From an uncultured Nitrososphaerota archaeon (GTDB lineage: Archaea; Thermoproteota; Nitrososphaeria; Nitrososphaerales; Gagatemarchaeaceae): a stretch of DNA of 64,000 nucleotides. Location: NCBI GenBank assembly GCA_963838925.1, contig CAWISW010000003.1, forward strand, positions 512,001 to 576,000, in the 5' to 3' direction. Made by a program: the position numbers and the translations under genes. The notes beneath the pieces are model-generated. The model did not search any database. It was given only the letters and a program-made list of their open reading frames with translations, and was not told the origin of the DNA. This document shows, piece after piece, positions 39,744-49,290 of this stretch. Positions within the stretch are counted from its first letter, which is position 1. Each line of letters starts with the position of its first letter.

Positions 39744-40634
39744 ATGACGACGCAAGAACTCTCCAAAGTCGCGCCAGAGGAGGCTAGGGACGAGATGACG
39801 GACTACACGACGTACAAGCGCTTAGCCGGCTCTGAGAAGAACCAGAGCAACCGGGACATGTTCGAGAAGCTGAGCGGCATGGAGCACAACCACTACACTC
39901 TCTGGATGAAGTACTTGCCCCCCGGCACAAAGGAGATCGGACCGAAGAAAGGGACGGTCTACCTCGTCCTGTTCCTCCGGCTCATCTTCGGCGCCTCATT
40001 CGCCATCAAGTTCCTCGAGCGCCGCGAAAAGTCGACGATTGGAAAGTACGATGCCCTGAAGCCATCAGTCCCAGCGGAGGACATGGCCGCGTTCCAGTCC
40101 ATGATAGAAGACGAGAAAGGGCACGAGACCGCCTTCGCGGATGTCGTCGCTGGGAGCTACGTCAAGTACATCTCGTTCATCGTCCTCGGCCTAGCCGACG
40201 CGCTGGTAGAGATAGCCGGAATCCACGCCGGGTCGCTAGGAATCTACGACTCGACCGAGCTGACGGGCCTGGCCGGGATCGTAGCAGGGGCCGCGGCCTC
40301 CGTGGCCATGGCGTCGGCGGCCTTCGCCCAAGCCAAACAGGGATTCGAAGGCTCGCCAGGGCTGGCAGCGGGCTACACCGGCGGGTCCTACTTTGTCGCC
40401 GCCGTCGCGCTAGCCCTCCCCTACTTCCTGACCCACACGATGCTGGTGGCGATCACCTCTTCCGTGTTCGTGGGCCTAACCATCATCGCGTTCGTGACCT
40501 GGTACAACTCCATCATCGTGGGCAGCCGGTTCCTGAGGGAGTTCTTCGTGCTCGCGGGCGTGATGCTAGGGGCGACCTTTGCGCTCTACGTCTTCGGCAG
40601 CGTGATCCGCGTCGCCTTCGGGATATCGATCTAA
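39744..40634 (+). CDS. Rubrerythrin/ferritin-like domain fused to VIT1/CCC1 transporter domain
   Basis: ExxH motifs (MEHNH, DEKGHE) followed by VLGLADALVE and TM helices. Confidence 0.82.
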   Translation: MTTQELSKVAPEEARDEMTDYTTYKRLAGSEKNQSNRDMFEKLSGMEHNHYTLWMKYLPPGTKEIGPKKGTVYLVLFLRLIFGASFAIKFLERREKSTIGKYDALKPSVPAEDMAAFQSMIEDEKGHETAFADVVAGSYVKYISFIVLGLADALVEIAGIHAGSLGIYDSTELTGLAGIVAGAAASVAMASAAFAQAKQGFEGSPGLAAGYTGGSYFVAAVALALPYFLTHTMLVAITSSVFVGLTIIAFVTWYNSIIVGSRFLREFFVLAGVMLGATFALYVFGSVIRVAFGISI

Positions 40635-40645
40635 CCGGACGGACC

Positions 40646-42277
40646 CTAGAATACTCCGGCGATGACGCCGTCGTCGCTGAGCGTAATCCTCTCCGCGGCA
40701 GGGGACGACGGGAGCCCGGGCATCCTCGATATCTCGCCCATCTCGACTATCACGTATCCCGCCCCGGCGGCCAGCTCGGCGTCGTGCACCGTGGCGGTGA
40801 ACCCTTGAGGCCTCCCGGCCTTCTTCGGGTCGTCTGAGAGCGAGGTGGCCGTCTTGGCGACGCAGACCGGGATTCCCCCATATCCGAGCCTCGTTATCTT
40901 CTCAAGCTCCGCGGATGCGACCTCGGTGTAAGAGACGCCGTCTCCCCCGTACATCGCCCTTACGATCTTCCCTACCTTGTCGCGGATGGAGTCGTCGAGC
41001 GCGTAGACCGGCCTGCAGGTCCCGCCCTTGCCTGCCTCCTCCACGACGAGCTGGGCCAGGCGCCGAGACCCCTCGCCTCCCTCCGCGAAGGCCGAAATGG
41101 TCGAGAACGGGACGCCCTCTCCCGCGCAAAAGCCGGAGACGGCGCGCACCTCCTCGTCCGTGTCTCCGTCGAACAGGTTCAGCGCGACAACTGGCCTGAG
41201 CCCCAGGGCGCGCACGTTCTCGATGTGCTTTGCGAGGTTGGCCAGCCCGGCTCTCACCGCCTCGGGGTCTGGCCCCTCCGCGACGGGGGGCGCTCCTGCG
41301 TCGGTGCCTTTCCCATGGTGCCTCAACGCCCTGATTGTCGCGACGATGACCGCCGCGTCGACGCCCACACCGGCCACGCGCGTGACGATGTCGATGAACT
41401 TCTCAGCACCGAGGTCGCTCCCGAAGCCTGCCTCAACCACCGCGTAGTCGGCGGACTGCAACGCGAGCGCTATCGAGATCACGCTGCAAGTGCCGTGCGC
41501 GATGTTCCCGAAAGGCCCCCCGTGCACGAGCGCGGGCGTGCCCTCGCTCGTCTGGACCAGGTTCGGCTGGAGGGCGTCCCTCAGCAGGGCCGCCATCGCG
41601 CCCACTATCCTCAGGTCAGCCGCGGTGACGGGCCGCCCATCCTTGGTGTACGCAACCATCATCCTCCCCAGCCGAGACTTCAGGTCCGGGTAGTCCTTGC
41701 TCAGGCAGAGGATCGCCATCACCTCGGACGCGGCCGTGATGATGAACTTCCCCTCGTGAGGGGTCCCGTTCTTGTCCCCCATCGCGACCCTCACCTCTCT
41801 TAGCGCCCGGTCCTCGACGTCGAGGACCCTAGGCCAGAGGATGGCCTCGGGGTCTATGCCCAAGGCGTTGCCGTGGAATATGTGGTTGTCCACAGCCGCC
41901 GCGAGGAGGTTGTGGGCGGAGGTGATCGCCTCCATGTCTCCAGTGAGCCGCATGTTCACCTCCTGCATCGGCTCGAGCGTGGACCTCCCCCCTCCCGCGC
42001 CCCCTCCCTTTATCCCGAAGACCGGCCCGAGGGAAGGCTGCCTGATGCAGGCGACCGAGAGCTTGCCGAGCTTGGCGAGCCCCATCGCGAGCCCGATCGA
42101 GACCACGGTCTTCCCCTCCCCATGGGATGTGGGGGTCATCCCCGTCACTAGCACCAGCTTTCCCCTGGCGGGGCGCCCGAGCGAGGAGAGCGATATCTTG
42201 GCCTTGTACTTGCCGAAGTGAGTCGCGAGCCCGTCATCCAGGCCCAGCTCAGCGACGATTTCTTCGATGAGTCGCAT
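40646..42277 (-). CDS. fhs: Formate--tetrahydrofolate ligase
   Basis: TPTSHGEGKT, GIKGGGAGGG, HGGPFGNIAHG, EAGFGSDLGAEKF, MPGLP; ATG at 42277. Confidence 0.95.
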   Translation of the reverse strand: MRLIEEIVAELGLDDGLATHFGKYKAKISLSSLGRPARGKLVLVTGMTPTSHGEGKTVVSIGLAMGLAKLGKLSVACIRQPSLGPVFGIKGGGAGGGRSTLEPMQEVNMRLTGDMEAITSAHNLLAAAVDNHIFHGNALGIDPEAILWPRVLDVEDRALREVRVAMGDKNGTPHEGKFIITAASEVMAILCLSKDYPDLKSRLGRMMVAYTKDGRPVTAADLRIVGAMAALLRDALQPNLVQTSEGTPALVHGGPFGNIAHGTCSVISIALALQSADYAVVEAGFGSDLGAEKFIDIVTRVAGVGVDAAVIVATIRALRHHGKGTDAGAPPVAEGPDPEAVRAGLANLAKHIENVRALGLRPVVALNLFDGDTDEEVRAVSGFCAGEGVPFSTISAFAEGGEGSRRLAQLVVEEAGKGGTCRPVYALDDSIRDKVGKIVRAMYGGDGVSYTEVASAELEKITRLGYGGIPVCVAKTATSLSDDPKKAGRPQGFTATVHDAELAAGAGYVIVEMGEISRMPGLPSSPAAERITLSDDGVIAGVF

Positions 42278-42389
42278 CTTCCCAGCGCGCGGTATCCCAG
42301 CGCTCCTTATTGTTGGTTCGGAGTGGCCGGTTATCCAAAGTGGGAATCGCCTCGCCTCCTTAAATAAACGGCAAGGCTCTCGGCAGCCC

Positions 42390-42824
42390 ATGACAGAGAT
42401 CATGGTGGCAGTAGACGGCTGCGAGCACTCAGACAGGATCGTGGACACGGCAATCGGCCTGGCCAAGATGATGTCCGCGAAGATCGTCCTCGCCTACGCG
42501 TCGCCCAAGATCGCCGTCCCCGAGCAGTACGTCGACGCCATCAAGGCGGACGAGCCAGACATCGAGGGATACTACCAGGAGTTCTCCGAGAGGATGCTCG
42601 GTGGGCTCGACGAGAGGGTGAGGAAGCAAAAGGTCCCTGTCGAGACGATCTTCGGCACCGGAAACGCGTCCGACTTCATATTATCGAAGGCAAAAGAGAG
42701 GAAGGACAGCATGATAGTCATAGGGGTGCACGGCCTCCACAACCTCGGCAGGCTTCGGGCTCTCGGCAGCACGTCTAGGCGCGTGATCGAGAACTCGTCG
42801 ATACCCGTAGTCGCTGTCCCGTAA
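42390..42824 (+). CDS. Universal stress protein
   Basis: IMVAVDG, IVIGVHG..LGSTSRRVI..PVVAV. Confidence 0.9.
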   Translation: MTEIMVAVDGCEHSDRIVDTAIGLAKMMSAKIVLAYASPKIAVPEQYVDAIKADEPDIEGYYQEFSERMLGGLDERVRKQKVPVETIFGTGNASDFILSKAKERKDSMIVIGVHGLHNLGRLRALGSTSRRVIENSSIPVVAVP

Positions 42825-43048
42825 GCTCTAGGCCTGAGGGTCTCCATCGCGGATGTGGGGCTCAGCTCGACGGCGACCCTCGCCCCCGGCCCCTCCTTCT
42901 CGTTGAAGAAGTCGATGTTGACCCCCTGCGGCATCGAGGTGTGGTACGTGCAGTCGTACATGACGCTGACCTCCTCGAGCTTGAACCATCCCTCGGCTGA
43001 CTTGCCCGCGCCCGAGACCTTCGCCCTCTGGACCAGCCCTGTGCACAT
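42572..43048 (-). CDS. DUF6295-like protein, 3' end apparently disrupted (reads through into the usp antisense strand)
   Basis: MCT..GAGK..GWF..NIDF..GPGARVAVEL; similarity ends at ~42840. Confidence 0.5.
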   Translation of the reverse strand: MCTGLVQRAKVSGAGKSAEGWFKLEEVSVMYDCTYHTSMPQGVNIDFFNEKEGPGARVAVELSPTSAMETLRPRAYGTATTGIDEFSITRLDVLPRARSLPRLWRPCTPMTIMLSFLSFAFDNMKSDAFPVPKIVSTGTFCFLTLSSSPPSILSENSW

Positions 43049-43060
43049 GCCGATGGCCCC

Positions 43061-43846
43061 CTAAGAGCTCCCCGTCGCCGAGAGGTTCTTCTCTAGGAAG
43101 GCGAATATCTTCTTCCAGCCCTCGACTGCCTGCTCCTGCCTGTACGCGGGCTTGTCATAGTAGAAGAAGCCGTGGCCCGCCTTTGGAAACATGTGGAACT
43201 CGTAGGTCTTCCCGAACTTCTTGAGCGCCTCCTCGTGCTGTGCGACCTGCTGGGGAGTGGGGAACTGGTCCTCCTCACCGAAGATGCCGAGAAGCGGACA
43301 AGAGAGGTCCTTGGTGTAATCTATGGGCGCGACCGGGGTCTTGGGGGTGAGCTCAGACGGGGCCATGACAACGCGGCCTCCCCAGCAGTCGACGACCGCG
43401 CTGAAGCCCTTGCTCCTGCAGCCCGCGAGGTAAGCGTGGCGCCCTCCGGAGCACGTCCCAAAGACGCCGACCTTGCCGTTCGACGTTGGGAGCGCGGTCA
43501 CGTAGTCCCTCGCTCCCGCCGCGTCGCCGACCACCTGGTCGTCTGCAGCGCCTCCCGCTGCGCGGGCCTTGGCGGCCACGTCCTCGGGGGACCCGTGGCC
43601 GAAGCGATAGAAGATGTTGGGGCTGATCGCCTGGTAGCCGTGGTGCGCGAACCTCCGCGTGGCCTCGCGATACCACTCGTCCCACCCCGGCATGTGGTTG
43701 ATCAAGACCATCCCGGGGAAGGGGCCAGGTCCCAGAGGTCGGGCGAAGTAGGCGTTGATCACTTCGCCGTTGTATCCCTTCAGCGTCACGGTCTCTGCGA
43801 GCATCCCCTCGTACATGTCCGTCCGATACTGCTGGTGGTGCGACAA
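43061..43846 (-). CDS. Dienelactone hydrolase family protein
   Basis: GTCSGG nucleophile elbow, FGEED, AGHGFF. Confidence 0.9.
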   Translation of the reverse strand: MSHHQQYRTDMYEGMLAETVTLKGYNGEVINAYFARPLGPGPFPGMVLINHMPGWDEWYREATRRFAHHGYQAISPNIFYRFGHGSPEDVAAKARAAGGAADDQVVGDAAGARDYVTALPTSNGKVGVFGTCSGGRHAYLAGCRSKGFSAVVDCWGGRVVMAPSELTPKTPVAPIDYTKDLSCPLLGIFGEEDQFPTPQQVAQHEEALKKFGKTYEFHMFPKAGHGFFYYDKPAYRQEQAVEGWKKIFAFLEKNLSATGSS

Positions 43847-43898
43847 GTCAGCCGCGTCTCAGACCCCCAGCGCTTAAAGGGTTACGAGGCCTTGCCGG

Positions 43899-44642
43899 CT
43901 ACGCTTCCTTCCATCTGGCGTTCCTGGAGACCACCACCAAGAGCACGACGGTGAGGCCGGCAAGGATCGCCCAGTCGATTATCACGCTGGCCTCGCTCAC
44001 CTGCAGGAACCCGGCCGCGTTCTGCATGATCTCGGCCGCGTAGGTGGTCGGAGAGAAGTACGCGAGGTACCTGAACGGGAGCGGGATGTATGTGATGGGA
44101 TAGTAGACGGGCGTTATCGCAGTGAATATCGTCGTGAGGAGCCTCGACCACGCGAAGCTCTGGACGATGTCGCTGGAGAGGGTGGCGAACATGAACCCGA
44201 TGGTGATCGACGTGAGGAACATGAGCAGGAGCGCAGCGGTGAGCTCGAGGGCTTGCACCAGGCCGGGGTGGATGTATATCGCCCCGAGCGCCACCAGTAT
44301 CGCCAGGGCCGGAAGGTTGTAGATTATCTCCGAGGCCGCCATCCCGACCACGTACGCCGCCGGCGAGGCGGGCGAGCTGACGAGCATGTCCTGGAGCTTG
44401 AAGTCGTTCTTCAGGTGGGAGATGTCCCCCTGGAGCGACATCCCGCTCTGGAACATGCTCATGATCAGGCCCCCCTCTATCGCCTGGCCGATCAGCGCTC
44501 CCCTGCTGACGAAGTCTATGACGATCAGGAAGGAGAGGGGGGAGAGCACCGTGTTGACCAGGTTGATCGGGTAATTCTTCATCTCGTAGACGGAGTTGAC
44601 CAGGATCGCCGCGACCAGCTGGCTCGAGAGGCTCCTCTTCAT
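43899..44642 (-). CDS. ABC-2 type permease
   Basis: Six TM helices, PVYYPITYIP..SPTTYAA; coupled to ATPase. Confidence 0.8.
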   Translation of the reverse strand: MKRSLSSQLVAAILVNSVYEMKNYPINLVNTVLSPLSFLIVIDFVSRGALIGQAIEGGLIMSMFQSGMSLQGDISHLKNDFKLQDMLVSSPASPAAYVVGMAASEIIYNLPALAILVALGAIYIHPGLVQALELTAALLLMFLTSITIGFMFATLSSDIVQSFAWSRLLTTIFTAITPVYYPITYIPLPFRYLAYFSPTTYAAEIMQNAAGFLQVSEASVIIDWAILAGLTVVLLVVVSRNARWKEA

Positions 44643-45589
44643 GCATGCCAGCCTCCGTCGTTCGAGGCGGCCTCTTGCTCTGCCTGCGTCGACTCCCCCA
44701 CGAGCTGGAAGAATATGTCGTCGAGCGAGACCGGCCCGATCGAGAACTTGGACCCGGCGACCGAGAGCTTCTTCGATATCGCGAAGGCCTCGTCCTCGTT
44801 CGTAAGGATCTGGACCTCGCCGTTCCGGCCGGTCGTGACCTCGCCATGCGAGACGCCGGGCACTAGGGAGTTTGCGGGGAGCTTGACGCTGTATTGGTAC
44901 CTGATCCTGCCGCGGATCGCCGGAACCGACCCGACCGCGACGAGGCGCCCCTCGCCGAGTATCCCCAGGGTGTCCGCGAGCTGCTCGGCCTCCTCAAGGT
45001 AGTGCGTCGTGAGGAAGATGAATCGGTCCTTGGCGAGCTCGCGAAGTATCTCCCAAAAGTCCTTCCTCGAGATGGGGTCGAGGCCCGTCGTCGGCTCGTC
45101 CAGGAATATGATGTCGGCCTCCGAGGCGAGCACCATTGCCGCCAGAGCCTTCCGCTTCGTCCCTCCTGACAGCCTGCGGTTGAGCGTGTCCGCGACCTTG
45201 TCCAGCTTCAGCCTGGCGAGCGACTCTTCGGCCCTCTTCTTGGCCTCCGAGTACTCGAAGCCCCTCCACATCAGATACGTGAGCGTGGCCTGCTTCGGCG
45301 TCATCCACGAAATCGTTCTCGCCTCTTGGGGGACGATGGCTATCCTCTCGCGGAGCCTCTTGTCCTCTTTGACGACGTCTATGCCGTTTATCGAGGCGCT
45401 CCCCGACGTTGGAGCCAGCTCCGTCGCGAGGATCCTGACGAGGGTCGTCTTCCCCGCCCCGTTCCTCCCGATGAGCGCGAAGATCCCTGACGAGGGGGCG
45501 GAAAGGGTCACGTCCTGGAGGGCGAACGTCGCCCCTCCGTACTTCTTGGATAGGCCCTTCGTGATGAGCTGGTCCATTCCTCTCCTCAA
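44639..45589 (-). CDS. ABC transporter ATP-binding protein
   Basis: GRNGAGKTT, LSGG, FLDEPT, TTHY. Confidence 0.9.
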   Translation of the reverse strand: MRRGMDQLITKGLSKKYGGATFALQDVTLSAPSSGIFALIGRNGAGKTTLVRILATELAPTSGSASINGIDVVKEDKRLRERIAIVPQEARTISWMTPKQATLTYLMWRGFEYSEAKKRAEESLARLKLDKVADTLNRRLSGGTKRKALAAMVLASEADIIFLDEPTTGLDPISRKDFWEILRELAKDRFIFLTTHYLEEAEQLADTLGILGEGRLVAVGSVPAIRGRIRYQYSVKLPANSLVPGVSHGEVTTGRNGEVQILTNEDEAFAISKKLSVAGSKFSIGPVSLDDIFFQLVGESTQAEQEAASNDGGWHA

Positions 45590-45784
45590 TCTCTCTGCAG
45601 TTCGCTCGCGCCGCGGGCTCTATTTAATGGAATCACGAGGCGGCCTCTTGTCTCGGGGCTCCGGAGCGCCTGACGGGGGCGCACTTTAGTAAGGGAGCCG
45701 CCCTGAGGCAGAGAGGCGCCGAGTAAACTGGATGGGATTCGAGCCGGCAAGTACATCTTCCGTGCGGCGTACCTCGTCGTCTCT

Positions 45785-46213
45785 TTGTTCATCCTGCTCG
45801 TCCTCGCCGCCCCCATATTGGGCGCGATCACCCCTCAGGTCTCCGCGCAAAACGAATACGGCTTGGGGGTAAACCTCCAGACCGTCCAACCCCAATTGCA
45901 ACAGGTCTTCTCCTCGGCTTCCAGTCAGTCCGGCCTTTCCTCCGTGCTCACAGTCCCCGCGTTCAACAACTGGTTCCTCTCAGGGAGCGTCACGCTCTCG
46001 CTCAGCCTCGGCGTGAACGGGACCACCCTTTACCAGAGCCCGAAGGCCACCGAGAGCCTGGCGCCCTTCCATTCCGGGGTCGTCAGCCTGCCCATCGACA
46101 TCCCTGCCAGCACGCTACAACAGATGTCTGGCCAGCAGATTAGCGGAGGAGGGCAGATGACAATTCAGGAGGCGGGCTTGTGGACGATCACGGTGAATCT
46201 GGGGCAAGGTTGA
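45785..46213 (+). CDS. Hypothetical membrane-anchored/secreted protein
   Basis: Hydrophobic N-terminus then beta-rich domain; start may lie further upstream. Confidence 0.55.
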   Translation: MFILLVLAAPILGAITPQVSAQNEYGLGVNLQTVQPQLQQVFSSASSQSGLSSVLTVPAFNNWFLSGSVTLSLSLGVNGTTLYQSPKATESLAPFHSGVVSLPIDIPASTLQQMSGQQISGGGQMTIQEAGLWTITVNLGQG

Positions 46214-46220
46214 TCTGACT

Positions 46221-46694
46221 TTGGTGAAAATCCTCAAGGGAGTCGCGTCTGCCGCAGTCAACTTCGTCGGCGTGGGCATAGTGGCCCCGTTCGCCGTGAC
46301 CTATCTCTCTCCGCTGATTTCGAAGTACATCGCGCTCCCTCCGTCCTTCGAGATATGGGAGGTCCTCCTCCTCTTCGGCGCGGTCTTCGCTGTCACCGGC
46401 TTTCTCCAGAGCGGATACTCGAAGGGGGACTTCCCATGGCTGTTCGGAAAGATCGGGGGCGGCTTGGCGGGCATCGGCTTCTTCTACTACCTCTTCCTCC
46501 AGCTGCCGAGCTCGGTCGGGTCCGCGGGGGGCGTCGAGAGCTCGGGGCTCTTACTCCTCGTAGGCCTTGCCATCGCTCTCTCCTACGGATACATGGGCTT
46601 CGACTTTTGGGACGCCAGGCGAAAGAACAACGCGACGAAGGCAGGGAGGAGCGGCATGGCCGGCGCGACCCCACCGGCCCCGAGCGGCAACTGA
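46221..46694 (+). CDS. Hypothetical membrane protein
   Basis: Four hydrophobic segments; host codon usage. Confidence 0.65.
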   Translation: MVKILKGVASAAVNFVGVGIVAPFAVTYLSPLISKYIALPPSFEIWEVLLLFGAVFAVTGFLQSGYSKGDFPWLFGKIGGGLAGIGFFYYLFLQLPSSVGSAGGVESSGLLLLVGLAIALSYGYMGFDFWDARRKNNATKAGRSGMAGATPPAPSGN

Positions 46695-46699
46695 GGATT

Positions 46700-46825
46700 C
46701 TACTTCTTCGTCAGCCCGTCGAGGATTTCCTTGGCCCTGTCCATCCTGATCTTCTTCTCTGCGACCAATTGGTCGGCTATCTGGTCGACCATCTTCCCCG
46801 TGGCTCCCACGGACGCTGCGATGTT
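46700..46825 (-). pseudogene. Stranded original 3' end of hmgA (41 codons plus TAG)
   Basis: NIAASVGATGKMVDQIADQLVAEKKIRMDRAKEILDGLTKK*, 24/41 identical to the C-terminus of the hmgA ORF; preceded by in-frame TGA. Confidence 0.9.
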
Positions 46826-48081
46826 TCAAGTGTTGGCGCTTATCAACCTCAGGCGGATTCTTCGGCGTGACCGGCGCCCAGCTTTCGATTGACCGCATGA
46901 TTGATCTCTACGTCAATCAAGGTCGGTCGCTTCACGCAATTTCACGCGAGTTTGGACTCCAAAGGAGAACAATAGCAAGAAATCTAAGGAAGAACGGAGT
47001 GAGACTAAGATCCTACGAAGAATCAATCGATCTTCTGAGAAGAGTCCGTCAAGCCGAAGTTGAGAAGATTAGAACAATGTATTCGGTGGACAAGCTGAGT
47101 TCATTGAAGATTGGCCGTAGGTTGGGGATTAGCGGTTCATGGGTGAGGCAAGTTATGGACAGGTCTGGTATCCCTAGGAGGACTGTTTCGCAGGCATGCA
47201 TGCGATTCACTAAGGTTGGTTTTTCAGGCGATGAACACGAAAGGGCCTACTTGATGGGTCTACGGGCAGGCGACCTAAATTCTGCTGTCTATGGAAACCA
47301 AGTCAGAGTAGCTACCTCGACGACTCATCCGGCAATGTGGCGGCTATTGGTTTCGGCATTCGGAAAGAACGGTCGAGTCAACAAGACGGCTGCGAGGAGC
47401 AAACACGGTTTCGGGTGGTTGACCTATGCATATCTCGACAGAAGCTTCGACTTCTTGCTTTCTAAGACTGTTAGTATCCCTAAGGTTTTCCTAGAAAGAG
47501 AGGATTTGTTCCTTAGCTTTCTAGCTGGATACGTTGACGCCGAGGGCTCGTTCAGAGTATATCTCAATTCGACTCACAAGGCGATGTCATTTCGTATCAA
47601 CTCAGAGGACAGACTTCTTCTAAAGGACATTCGTGACGGGCTTCGAAAAATGGGATACCATGTGTATTGGGCGCTCGCAGCAAAACGAGGATTAAACAAC
47701 GGGAAGAGATATCGCCGAAGCCTATGGTCTCTCGGAATGTTTCGTGAATCCGAAATCATTGACCTGATTCAAAAATTGCCGATTCGGCATGACGAGAAGA
47801 CAAGACAAGTACGGCTGCTGTCTTGGAGCGTAAGAAGGAGTTGGGACATCGTAGAGCCTCGGGCAATTGCACTCAGATCTTCAATAAAGAATGAAGTATC
47901 AAGATTCGTGGGAGAAGCCAAGAAAGTCTATCTCTCGAAGCATTCATTGGCTGGATGATTTCTTCGATAACTCAGCAAACAATTCCTTCGCCCTGTCAAA
48001 TCTGATTTTCCTCTCCTCAATCATTATATCCGCTATCTTGTCCACGAGCTTCCCCTCCGCGCCTGTGTTCGCTGCAAGGTT
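46826..48081. mobile_element. Free-standing homing-endonuclease element carrying a replacement hmgA 3' end
   Basis: Low-GC block between two versions of the hmgA C-terminus; contains a LAGLIDADG gene. Confidence 0.82.
46867..47958 (+). CDS. LAGLIDADG homing endonuclease with two N-terminal HTH repeats
   Basis: AYLMGLRAGD and FLAGYVDAEG motifs; LY....SL..I...G HTH repeats; AT-rich codons. Confidence 0.88.
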   Translation: MTGAQLSIDRMIDLYVNQGRSLHAISREFGLQRRTIARNLRKNGVRLRSYEESIDLLRRVRQAEVEKIRTMYSVDKLSSLKIGRRLGISGSWVRQVMDRSGIPRRTVSQACMRFTKVGFSGDEHERAYLMGLRAGDLNSAVYGNQVRVATSTTHPAMWRLLVSAFGKNGRVNKTAARSKHGFGWLTYAYLDRSFDFLLSKTVSIPKVFLEREDLFLSFLAGYVDAEGSFRVYLNSTHKAMSFRINSEDRLLLKDIRDGLRKMGYHVYWALAAKRGLNNGKRYRRSLWSLGMFRESEIIDLIQKLPIRHDEKTRQVRLLSWSVRRSWDIVEPRAIALRSSIKNEVSRFVGEAKKVYLSKHSLAG

Positions 48082-49224
48082 CCGCGCGTGGAGCTTCATG
48101 TGCCCCCTCTGGATGCCCTCGGAGGCCAGGGCCCTCAGGGCGGCGAAGTTCTGCGCCAGGCCCACCGCCCCCATGACCTCTGCGAGCTCGATTGCCGTCT
48201 TTATCCCAAGTATCTTCACGTTGACCTTCGCTGCGGGGTGCACCTTCGCCGCGCCTCCCACAAGGCCCACGGCCATCGGCATCTCCAGCGTCCCGAACAG
48301 GTCTCCGTCCTTATTCACCTTCCAGATGGTGAGCGGCTTGTAGGCGCCCGAGCGGGCGGCGTAGCTGTGCGCGCCCGCCTCCAGAGCCCTCCAGTCCTGC
48401 CCGCAGGCGAGCGCGACCGCGCTGACCCCGTTCATGATCCCCTTGTTGTGGGTCGCGCATCGGTACGGGTCGGCGTCGGCAAAGGCGTATGCGAAGAGGA
48501 TGCCCTCGACGACCTCCTCGCCCCCGAGCGCCTCCTTGTCGAAGACCGCGGTCGCCTTCACCAGCCTCCTGTCTGCCAGGTTCGAGATTATCCTGAGGTA
48601 GACCTTCCCCCCGCTGATCGTCTCGACCAGGGGAGCCACCGCCTCGGCCATCGTGTTCACGGCGTTCGCCCCCATCGCGTCGCCGCAGTTGACGAACAGC
48701 TCTACTATCACCATCGGCCCCTTGAGCGTCTCGATGACCTTCACGTTGAGGTCCTTCGCCCCTCCGCCCAGAGACACCAGCATCGGGTCCTGCTCGTTGG
48801 CCTTCGCGAGCAGCGCCTTCTTCTTGGCCATCAGCTTCTTCGCCGCCTTTCGCGGGTCGCGGACTCCCACCGTCTGAATCTGCCCTATCATGATCGGGCC
48901 AGTGTTGGTGACCTTGAACCCGCCCTTGACCCTGGCGATCTTCGCGGCGTTGCTCGCGGCCGCCACCACCGACGGCTCTTCGATGGCCATGGGAACGATG
49001 TAGTCCTTGCCGTTGACCAGGAAGTTCGTCGCCATCCCGAGCGGGAGGGTCATCCCGCCCACGACGTTCTCGATCATCCTGTTCGCGACGTCGCCGGGCA
49101 GCCCTCCCGTGTTGGCGAGGACCTTGACCTCCTCATCGCTCAGCCCTGCGAGCTTCTGCAGGAGCTTGAGCCTGTCCTCCACGCTCAGCTTGTAGAACCC
49201 CGGAATCTCGGATCCTCCCTGCAT
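47944..49224 (-). CDS. hmgA: HMG-CoA reductase (class II/degradative-type family)
   Basis: ENVVG, PMAIEEPSVVAA, DAMGAN, THNKGIMNG, GIQRGHMKLH. Confidence 0.95.
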   Translation of the reverse strand: MQGGSEIPGFYKLSVEDRLKLLQKLAGLSDEEVKVLANTGGLPGDVANRMIENVVGGMTLPLGMATNFLVNGKDYIVPMAIEEPSVVAAASNAAKIARVKGGFKVTNTGPIMIGQIQTVGVRDPRKAAKKLMAKKKALLAKANEQDPMLVSLGGGAKDLNVKVIETLKGPMVIVELFVNCGDAMGANAVNTMAEAVAPLVETISGGKVYLRIISNLADRRLVKATAVFDKEALGGEEVVEGILFAYAFADADPYRCATHNKGIMNGVSAVALACGQDWRALEAGAHSYAARSGAYKPLTIWKVNKDGDLFGTLEMPMAVGLVGGAAKVHPAAKVNVKILGIKTAIELAEVMGAVGLAQNFAALRALASEGIQRGHMKLHARNLAANTGAEGKLVDKIADIMIEERKIRFDRAKELFAELSKKSSSQ

Positions 49225-49290
49225 CTGTGCTCTAGGGCCGCTTCCCGGCCGACCATGTATTAAGTCTGAGAACCCGAATCTGTCGGCGGG

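Noticed and set aside
46826-48081. LAGLIDADG insert as an mRNA intron or intein in hmgA
   Set aside because: The endonuclease is antisense to hmgA, no intein termini or convincing BHB were found at the junctions, and hmgA is already complete through the replacement tail
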